Below are positions 53,688-64,000 of a stretch of DNA of 64,000 nt, one piece after another. The position numbers and the translations under genes were made by a program. Where the stretch lies: positions 26,480,401 to 26,544,400 of the forward strand of contig CM120641.1 of NCBI GenBank assembly GCA_051362555.1. The letters are read 5' to 3'. The notes beneath the pieces were generated by a model. That model saw only the letters and a list, made by a program, of their open reading frames with translations. It was not told the origin of the DNA and searched no databases. Source of the DNA: Lingula anatina (Eukaryota; Animalia; Brachiopoda). Each line of letters starts with the position of its first letter. Position 1 is the first letter of the stretch.

Positions 53688-55191
53688 TTACGTCCCTTCG
53701 AGGGCTTGAACTAGACTTTTAAGAACAGCTTCCATCTCGGAATAAATTTGCTTGTCACTGAAGGATTCAGCTGAGGCCATTGTGCTATGCTTTAATGGCA
53801 TATAATTGCAAGATAATACATCCAAGTCCGTGGAATTGGCATCATTGGGTGGTGTCACCTGAGTTGCACCTATTGAGCCTGATATGTTATTCCATATAGC
53901 ATTGCTGTCAAAAGTCAGTGACACACTTCTTTTATCTGTGTTATCGCGCGGCAGTTTAGTTCCGTCGGTGTGATCGGTATGACAGTGCGGCGTCTCGGTA
54001 TGGGCTATGCATTTATCATCTATTATCTTTTCTTGTGACTCGGAGCCATTGACACAGTCGATTATTTGCTTGTCCCAGTCATTGTTGTTGACAACATCCA
54101 CGCATTCATTATCACATGCTGCTGAACGTGTTGTTGATGTACTGGAGAGGATAGTTTTATTATATTCTTCGGTTATGGAAGTGAGGAAAGAATCCTCTGG
54201 TTGATGGAAGTCACGAGCCCAAGAACGTTTCCTTGAATAAATATCATTATAAGTATCGTAGTCCATTTCTCGCCATTTTTTCTCGTCGCGTATCTCCTTC
54301 TGCATTCTCTTCATTGTATTGTTAATCAAAACAGCTCGATGTAAAACTTTCTCCGGATCGTCAATTTGCCGTAGTTTCTGAACTGACATTTTATATATCT
54401 TTTTCTTCTCGTCTCTACGTTGTTTAGGAGTGTTGTCAAGGGGAGAAATGCGCCGCGTCCTGGCGGGAGGTATAAAGTCATTCTCTTCCTCCTGCTCTTC
54501 CCGGCTTAATTTCAGCTTTCTCTTGATCCCCGCATGAATTGGCCTGCACTCATCACTTGTGTACACACTCCTTTCACTACCTGTTGAGGACAAAGAAAGA
54601 TACGGCCATGTAACACTGGAGGCATGTCAAATATGTTTATTCCATTCTGGCCGACAGCTGGCAGGGCACGCACAATAACACCATATGTACAGCAGGAAAA
54701 CGGGGCCCCATTAATGTACACACAAATGTGATTACAATAACAGGAGTCAATTTCTTTTAAATTCAACTACCCATTAGGTCAATGTTAACGCTGGCACGAT
54801 TTGCTGCCAAAATAAAACAGGATATTTAAAGGCAGCTACGACGCCAGAAAAAAATCCCTTTAAATGATATACTATCAACAGATCAAACAAACTATATCCT
54901 CTTGTGGTCTATGGATCAAATAACCGTAACACTATATTTACTATGCCACTTAAATGTATATATATATGAAATAAAACAGACTTTCTAATACTAGCAAATA
55001 TTGATTCGGCACTCACCAGTGTAATTATGTGCTTTGTTCGATTCTCTGTCGGTCTCCTCGTTGTTAGTGACGGGGTGGGTTGAAGCTGCCCACTCAAGCC
55101 CGATTTCCCCCGTGTCTAAAAGGCTGTCGATACCCGTTGAGAACCCCGGGGACGGGTTGATGTAAGTGGCTATAGGGAGCACGAGAGTCAT
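53688..55191 (-). CDS. SERTAD4: SERTA-domain protein, SERTAD4-like (about 355 aa, two coding exons)
   Basis: Exons 55191-55017 (MTLVLPI...HNYT, like the SERTAD4 MTLVL start) and 54580-53688, joined in phase 1. SERTA motif IYKMSVQKLRQIDDPEKVLHRAVLINNTMKRM; minus-strand AATAAA at 53330-53325. Confidence 0.85.
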
Positions 55192-56079
55192 TCCGCTGCC
55201 TCGTCTAACCGCTGCAAGGGGGTGCACTAATTCAACATCACTTCAGGCTTATCTAATAAACAGAAGGAAATAATCCCACATGTAATTCACTCCGTTAAAC
55301 ATGATTTGTCGGGCTGCCAGGTGGGCAGAACACGATTTAACAATACAATCAAATCATCAAGTGATTGAATATTGAGTCGTAATTATATCTCTTTACTAGG
55401 GCTTCGTGATTTGCCAATCTGATGAATACATTAGTTTACACATACGTGTAATCCCTATGTCAGTAATGTCTCCGTCTTTCAACTCCCGAAGCCATATCTG
55501 TGAGATTGATTTAGAAGTTCAACCTCAGGCTGCTCACTTCACAAAGACGATCGATTCAGGCTGTGGACTCGCAATATCAACGATAGTCTTATCATATCCC
55601 ATTTAATTATCAATACCTACGTTTCTGATACCAGCGGGTACATACCAGCACAGCCTACGAGCACAAAATGCTCCAATTAAGGTAACGTAAAAATGAACAA
55701 CACTAGAACGCCATAAAACTACCATCACAGTGTATCAGGTAAATCACATACCGTACATATTACACCTTAAATAATGTAGCGTGATTCCCTGCTTCGCGCA
55801 CACCGAGTAACCGGGGTCCCACACTGCTGCCCGAACAAAGACATCTGAGCTAATATAATCTTAAAGAGCAGTCTCCCGTTTACCGGCAGTAAATTTACCT
55901 TATGCTGGCCTTGAGAAATTGATCTGTGTTCAGGATCGATTATCTCTCTTTTAGTAGGGTGAACAATATTGAAACTTTCTCCTGTTAAATTGCTGGTAGA
56001 TCGTCCGAGTAAACAAAACCTGTGTGATTCGTGCCTCCGTGCACCGAGCATCTGTTTAGTTATATCATTTGTTAAGCAG

Positions 56080-56160
56080 GCACGCGCGCCGGGCCTTTGC
56101 ATAAGAATAGACCAAGGTTGATAATCCTCTCACCGGGCCGCGCGTGACGTCAGGGTGTTC
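56080..56160. promoter_or_regulatory. CpG-rich candidate SERTAD4 promoter with a full CRE
   Basis: TGACGTCA at 56145-56152 amid GC/CpG-rich motifs, upstream of a probable non-coding exon (minus donor AAG|GTAAAT at 55899/55898). Confidence 0.5.
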
Positions 56161-59100
56161 TCCACACATAGTGGAAACAACCTTCTATATATATATTTGG
56201 ACTCAAAATGTCCTGACCCTACTGGGGGAATTCATGATAAGTAATGTTTTATTTACTCATCTCTCCTTGTATTTGATTTATTTTTTTTTAATCCGCGAAA
56301 AATTGAAGTTGTCTTACTCGATTCGTTGATATTAGAGAGAGTGAAAAGGTTCTTAACGGTATACTGCGAGTCAAATGGATTTTTATCCTTAATTTACCTT
56401 TATCATAGATTATCACTTGAGGTGAACGAAAGGTTGTAACTCGAGTATACCATGTACAAGTGCACCTGTAGTACTTCATTGGCAAGAGATCAGTTTATTG
56501 CATGTATAAATGCATCGCATGAAACCACGCTTTATTTTACACTTATTTCATGTGATTTTGTGCGCGTGTGCGCGCGCGGGTTGAGGAGGAGCGGAGACAT
56601 ATCTCTAAGGCTCATGGTTTACCATTCTCGTCCGTCTCACTTCCTCTTATTTGTCTTAGCTTGAATAAGCAAAATTAACAAGCATGACCTCAAGGTGTAG
56701 TTAGTTAATGACTGTTTGATTAAAATTTGCAGTCATTATTTCAACTGTTGCAAAAAGCGACAACACGGGCCTGATAAATATCTTGATTGTATTAAATGCC
56801 CCTGTTTATGTTGTAATATTTATAAAGTAATAAGTCACACAATACGTGCTTAACATCATACAAAGCGAAACCAGATCAACGCGAAGTGGCATGAGTAATC
56901 TTAACAGTGAACGCTGCTGTGGAATTTTTAACGCAGGTTGTGAATAGCGCCTTGTCTCTTCGCATTTTGATGCGAATGAGTAATTCGAACAGTTGCCATA
57001 CTAAACTTGGTTCAGACTTGGTATGATCCCACTTCAATTGCCAAAATCACTTTACAGGTAGGAAGATTTCTTTTGAACCACGTCGCAGACATTAAAATGT
57101 TTTTGAGCTCAGAAATTCGACTGCATATCTATTCCCCAGCTTATCTAAAAATTCCTGGAAACTGAATGCCAGATTGCCTGGAAAATTGCGACTTCTCTTA
57201 TTAGATGGATGAAACACCAGTTATAGGTCACAGAAGGACATTGTCTCTTGGAGAATAATACATGTTGGAACATCAGTGAAGCTGTTGTAGTATTGTTTAC
57301 TTTGAATCTTCTAGATCTTTATCATTTTAAGGTATCCTATCTAGACTTTTCCGGCCAAATCGAATTTTCTTCGAAAAGAAAAGCAGATATCTCTCACTCG
57401 TGAATCATTGCTTGGCTCTCTCGGCACTTACATTTGGTGTTTTATGCCATATTAAATTTAACAATTATGTTTTAAATCACTGGTCAGTTACTCGGGCTGC
57501 TTTGTCTTCCTGTCAGGTACATGTACGTGTATTTGACTTAATTGAGGGGCTTCCTCGCCTTTAAGGTCTGAATTGGGGGGTGGGGGGTTAGCTTTGTGGG
57601 ATATGCAGACATAAAGCATGTGATTTTGAGACAATTTCCAACGAGGACAATATACATTTAATCAATCTCCCCGTCGTTTGTTTACTGTCAGTATCATATG
57701 GAGTAGGCGGCAATGGTGGTTCACGTAGTTTGGGTGGTCGGTGTGGAGGTGGACATAGAAATGCACAACACCATTGTTGTAGTGGGAGTCGAAAAATATT
57801 ATCTTTTCTATCTCTTATCCTTTCACACTATACTATTATTACTTTATTCAATTATACTAATGCTGGGCTTCTGAAGCCTCAACCGTGGCTTCCTCTGTTG
57901 AGAGGATAATTAATTAATCACGGTTGTCCCCTCGCACATAAAATTCATCGATTGGAATATTACATCTATTGATGTTATTTATAGGTTGATAATAGAATCA
58001 CTTTAATTTCAATGTGGAAAGCCACCGATAGTGTTTAAATGTTGACTTGAAATGTCGCAAGGAAAAAAGTAAACATGTCGTCGCACTAGACAGATTGATC
58101 ACTTTGCATATCTTTGTCTGACTTAAGTTTATGCAGGCCGATATGTCATGGCAATTTTCCTTTTCTAAGCCCGCAAAAAATGAAAGATAATTTTTCTCAG
58201 TTTTGTTCAAAATTTTTTTCCAAAGAGACTGATTTTGTATTCGCAGTCATGCAAATGGGTAAATGATGACAAAATGTAACAAAATAGCTGTCAATGGTGG
58301 GAGTATATCTTTTTTTTTTTTTTTTGCATCATGGAAAACTCTGTTTAGTCACGGTTTGCGACTCGCTTAAGGAAGAAAGAATGGTATGGTTGCTCAGACT
58401 TCCCTGTGTATATTTACATTTCAAGATTAATGGAACACCTGTTCGGCACTTCCAATATCTCAGAGTAAACCCAAACACACTACGCAACATTGATGCACCT
58501 GCAGAGGACGTAATCGTGCATCGAATTACACTTTTCCTTTTTTCCGATTCTCTAGTCTGTTTCCAGTTCCCTTTGTTTAGTGAGATCGGATATGAAATGT
58601 GCGACGACAATCTTTTCACTGTGAGCTCAATGATTAAAATGACAAGGTCACGACCCCACTGACGACCCCTGTATTCACCGGGTGTCATTTAAAGCACTAT
58701 ATAGCTAGCGTGAAAAGAATACACTAGCTGTAAATTAGCGTACAGGTGCGGTGTATGACCGGGGTATTATTTACAATATGCTGAGTTATAACAGCGGCGC
58801 TTAGGGTTCGAGGCCCGAGAATGGATTATCATGGCGTTATCCAGTTGCCGGCCCACTTCTTTTTGACAATAGACTTTCGTTATCAATTTAATCCGGAGTG
58901 TACAGGTGTCATACACATAACTACGATGCAACTGTAAGACACAATGCTTAGGCCTACGTGCAGGCGCCGAGGACAATCCCTTTGGACAAACATCGTCTTC
59001 TTTTTATTGATGAATTATAATTACATTTAACAGACTACATCTCGGTGGTAGTCTATAATTTACTCTCTTCTCTGGTGTAGCCGTGAAATTACTGAACCCT

Positions 59101-62100
59101 TGCACGGCGATGATTTATTTTTTTCTTTCGTGCAATAAGCTTACCATGTGGGATTCAGTAAAGAGGAAGAGCTGTTTTAAAACAACTGTGACCCGGGTCC
59201 TAACCCGGGAATGTCCCAGGTATTTCAAGATTTCATGTAAGATATGACGACTAATACCACTTATTAGGGCAATTACCCGATTCCAAAGGGGAGCCAAACT
59301 TATCTGAAATTGGGACAGAAACACTAAGGGCAGGACACCGACAGACATTACAAAAGACATGCGGGGACAATCGCTAGACAAAAAAGAAATTGAAGAATCC
59401 ATTTGGAAGTGATTATGATTAATGGTTTCAGAACCACTTCAGCCTGTTGAACTTTTCCCACTCGACAATCATTGATTTCTCCACTAATAAACTAAGAGAA
59501 GTCTCGGCGAGCTGCCTCCGATGGGTACTTTTCATGATGAAGGCATCAGAAAATTTTTCTCGCATTTGATAATATAACAGACATCCTAACTTCCACCCAC
59601 CCGCTCCGCGCACTCCATACATCGCCCACTTCCATCTTACTACCGAGAGAAGCAATTAAACTAATGATATGTGTACAGCTTGAAGGGCATTTGAACTTAA
59701 TGTCGATATGTGCACGTCTAACAGACTGCACCTGTCCTTCTTCCCGCTCCTGTTGACTTAGAATAATATAGTACTATAATTACCTCACCTTGATGTAATC
59801 TGCAATACACCATCCGCTGTGGGATCAAACATTAACTGCTTCGGACATCTTTGATCAGTATATAATGTTAATATATTTTTGGACTCTAAATGTCGTTATG
59901 TAGTTGAAAGAATAAACCTACATTGAGTAAATTTGAAAAAAAGATATTTATAAGCATGGTGTCCACGGCAGTGTTGGATAGTCAGACCAAGGAATTTTAT
60001 CGGACCCATCATTTAAAGAATGAAAAATAAGAAACTTTAATCTTGGGGATTTTTTTTTTACGTATACCATCCCTGTGACTGCCGGAGAATATGCCCCTAA
60101 ACTTCCCATTAACCAGATAAGATTAAGAAGTGGCTTTTTTTTTTTTTTTTTTTGGGGGGGGGGGGGGGATGGTGATAAATTGTCAAGGCTGTCGCCCCCC
60201 CCCCCCAAATCTGGCGGTCCCTTTAAATGACTGAAACTGTCATGTCTACCAAGATTTAAGCAGCAGTTCGTGAAATCTGAGAAAGACATTTTGTTTTCCC
60301 AATGTCTTTTTTACCTTTTATCTACAGACCTACAAATCCTGAAATACTGCATAAAAACAATATCGTCCGAATGTAACTAAGTAACGCAAAGTCTATCTAT
60401 CTAAAAAATTAACTGATCCAAAATGTGTATGCTGTTTTATTAAGTGTATTCTTTTGAGCAGGTGTAATAAATATTTGGCTTGAAAAGGTGTAAATTGCTT
60501 CTGGGATATTGATATCAGCTACTTGAACAGGAGCATAATACAAAGGAATTTCATGAACTGCCATCTTGAATAAACAGTAAATTATGCACAAAATCTATAT
60601 CTGGTGAAGGATGACCCATCTACAATATTTGTACTTGATGAATACACCGATTAAGCCTAATAATTCATACTCTTGTGCCATTTCCTTCCCCGCTGATGCT
60701 TAATGATGAAAACTGTTTTTACTTAGGAGGGTCCCTCCCTGCTTGATTCCCGATCACCTGTTAGCGATATCCACGTTGATTAGATACAAGGTCTTACCTG
60801 TCTGGCAATTGTACAACATCCTGCGCTCTCCGTTTGCTTTATGAGATATCGACTGGATTCAAGCACGGTTACATTAACTGTCTTTTGTTAAATGCCCCAG
60901 TCTGTCAATAACGGCTTATGCTATCGTCTGATAATCTCTATCGATCGTCTGACAAGAAATCGTTAGGATAAACTCACCAGTTCAATCTGGGCGCTTTCAC
61001 TTGCACGTCTTTTGTTTCTCTAATTATCGGATTATGCCTTGTCGTATCGCAGGGCCAGTTTATTTTCGTGCGCTCAACGCCAAGGGCTGAACTGAAGTGA
61101 ATGTGTATTTGATATGGTAATGGTGAATGCGCCGCGTCATGCTACTTAAGTATTATTATCATGTTAATGTACTCTATAAATTCACCAGAAGAGCGACAGT
61201 GAATCTCTTTGGGCACAGTCTGCTTAACGTGTATTAACAACTACTTGTTGCAGACCCGGGGAAAAGGTCCTTATACTGCAAACCCTGCTGTATATACTTC
61301 ATACCTACTCTTTTAAGTTTTATTATACAGGAAAAATTCAACAGCTTACAACATCTGTGGCAACCCAGTGAATACAAATAAATTGTGAGAATGAATAACT
61401 GCGACTTTATTTGTATTCCTTTTCTTTTGATGTATTAGAAGCTGCAGTTCTGTACATGCATCGTGAGTCACTTGTAAAATCTGTGAGAATTTTATCCATG
61501 ATGTTCTTTTGTCACGAAAAAGGAAAAAAGAAGCCCTGGAACCATTTCAGCCCCGCCGAGCATGTGGTTTTCTAAAGGGAGAGATCTTGTTAGTATTGTA
61601 GAACTTTTCCATGAGGTTTTCATGTATAAGGAGAATGCTAAATTATGAAGTTTCTGGTAATATGCATAATGGAATGCTTACGGTTTTGTAGCTACAGGGT
61701 CAGTCAGCGCAGATGTTATATTATGAGCTCGACATGATTTGACATGAATGCACTTAGGCGAAAAACGCATTAATTCACATGTTATTAACATGCATGTATG
61801 TACGGTATGTAGTCTAGTGTACATGTGCAAGGTAATTAGGCATATATTTGACAATACATGACCAATTCGCATTATATACATATATATAAAAAAAAAACAT
61901 TCCGACTTATCGAAATATAGAGGTAGTTTGCTATTCAAACAACACACATTAACATGAATTTCTCTCTCTCTCTCTCTCCATCTCTGTGTGTGTGTGTGCG
62001 TGTGTGTGTGTGTGTTTGTGCGCGCGTGTGTATGTGTGTGAGGCAGAGTGAGGGAGAGGTTTCATAAATCGCTGATTAATGACATAAAAAGTCCAAAATA

Positions 62101-64000
62101 CAACAGCTAATAAACCGTGATATAGAAGCACTGCAGATCGAACATGATATTCATTGATTCGTCAAGAATTGAGCTGCTCTGGTTAATTAAGAACGCGAGG
62201 TGTTTATTAGCGTTGCCGCCCTGGATTCAGTAATCAAAATACAGGGTAAAAAGAGTAACCATCGATTTTATTGGGAAGGCCCCAATTAACATTGTTCCGC
62301 TGCTGTGACCGGAGGACTTCAGATACCCATGCCTCCTATCCTAGATATCAGTTTAATTGCTCTCTAAAAAGGATGGAGTGCCTTTTCCTCTTTTATTTTG
62401 TAGGAACAGAACGTGACCGGCCCGTTTATTATTTTTTTAATTCTCCATATTTTCATTCTGCATAGTGGCTAATTAACGTGTCGAAAATATCCAACTTAAG
62501 ATTTGAATCCAAACACCTCAAATTTGGTCTAAGAGCCCATTGGAAAAATGTCCTCTGTACCTAACATGCCGATGACGTAGGGCATCTTATATGCTGGAAA
62601 AGAAGAGAGTCACCGTCAAAGCTCTGAAGCCGAGAATAAAGTGCAAGTATCCCTACGTATTAGCGTCCTAGGGGGAAAACCAACGGTTTTGTACAGCTCG
62701 CATTGCTTTTTCTCATTACACTACATGATGTTTTTAATGGGCCATTACACAACATTTCCCCCTACATAGAATCTTTTATCCTCCGTAAAATGTTTCGTGG
62801 CTTTTACTCCTACATGTACCAATAGCATTCGAGACAATTAAGGTTGTAGAGTGTTTGTTTATATTCTCTCTCTTTTCCTTTAGATAAGAAGAGATGAACA
62901 ATACTGAATGTACTGAAATTCATATATGTATTTTCGATTGGGGGAGGGCGGGGGCTGTATACTGTGGAATGGTATAATCGTGTGTAATGGGTCCAAGGCC
63001 TATTATAACATTAAGTATGTGTACGTAGTTGGTGTATCTATTATTCACATTTGGTCCAAATGTGGCGCTTTTGGGTCAATTTCCCCTCTCACGTAAGTCA
63101 TGAGAAATAAAACAATTCTTGTGTTGCGGAGGAGCCTGCGTAAGACCAGTATCTTATTCAGAGGAAATGAATCTCTTACTCACTTTCCACTACAATAACT
63201 GCTGGGTGTAAGTACTTGCCTGCTGGATAATCTGTCGTGGGTTGACTTCTCGTGAGAAGTCGTCTTTAATAAATAAGGTTGAAAAGAGGCCACCACGCCT
63301 CCATTAATACTACGCATTTGATGGGTTTGGTGTTTTACTATTAATTTCTCTAGAAGCAAGTTTCAACGCCCCGCACACACTCGGTGATCTATTCCGTTTG
63401 TAAGTCCATCCATGAGTACTTCAGATCAACTCTATAATTCCATGACAAACTGACGTGCGCTGGAATCAAACAACTTGCCACATTCAGTTTCTTAGAGCAC
63501 TAGATCAAACACGGTTATTGCCACACACAAATAAAAAAATATTACTTTTCCTGGAAATATATTGGAGGGTTACAGAACGGATGCTTTAAGTTGGCTTTCC
63601 AGGAAATAACATGCTGTTAATAAGTCACCACAATTCTCAGTAACCTCAACTGATGCAATTTACCGTAAAGTCTATAGGCCTACCCAACGAAGGCGATCCA
63701 CGAGGGGATCGAATTCACCTAGAAAACTTAATTATTTTTTTTATTAATTTCATTCATAGTGCAACCGGATAGATGGGACTACACTGAATGTTTTGCTTCA
63801 AAAATAAAAGAACGAGACTAAGGGGAGATATAGTATAAGGCTGCTAAAATCATTTCGACGATCCTTTCTTACTTTCGTGCCACCAACTCCACCCTCACCA
63901 ATTTATACAAAATGAAGAGGTATATTTGGCTACACCGGTGTCCACTACCCTGTTTATGCACAATTACCTTTGAAATATGCAGGGCGGAGTGGTACAGGTC

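Noticed and set aside
58294-60289. ORFs of 95-122 aa upstream of SERTAD4 and a possible MITE at about 60007-60232
   Set aside because: No domains or exon structure; the terminal repeat match is only about 10 bp with no TSD.

Overview
AT-rich, intron-rich animal genomic DNA (invertebrate; lophotrochozoan/mollusc-like by inference, not provable from the window). Five multi-exon genes can be assembled by hand: CFAP61 (minus strand, running off the left edge), CRNKL1/crooked-neck (plus, head-to-head with CFAP61), a secreted protein with IGFBP-N, LDLa, follistatin/Kazal modules and a basic tail (plus), NAA20 (minus) and a SERTAD4-like gene (minus). The CFAP61-CRNKL1-NAA20 order and orientation match human 20p11. 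CRNKL1 has an AT-AC and NAA20 a GT-AG minor-spliceosome (U12) intron. Mobile DNA includes an internally deleted Gypsy LTR element in a CFAP61 intron, a 5'-truncated Rex1/Babar-type LINE with an open RT ORF, two MITEs, two P-like mini palindromes with target duplications, and a Penelope-like inverted repeat centred on a hammerhead core. The least explained feature is in two late CRNKL1 introns, above all the 4.7-kb last one. They lack recognisable repeats but contain CpG-retaining tracts with many helices, pseudoknot-type pairings, H/ACA-like hairpins and an orphan U12 5' splice site. This suggests an undescribed structured intronic RNA or splicing-autoregulation module. All structure calls were made by eye and need covariation tests.
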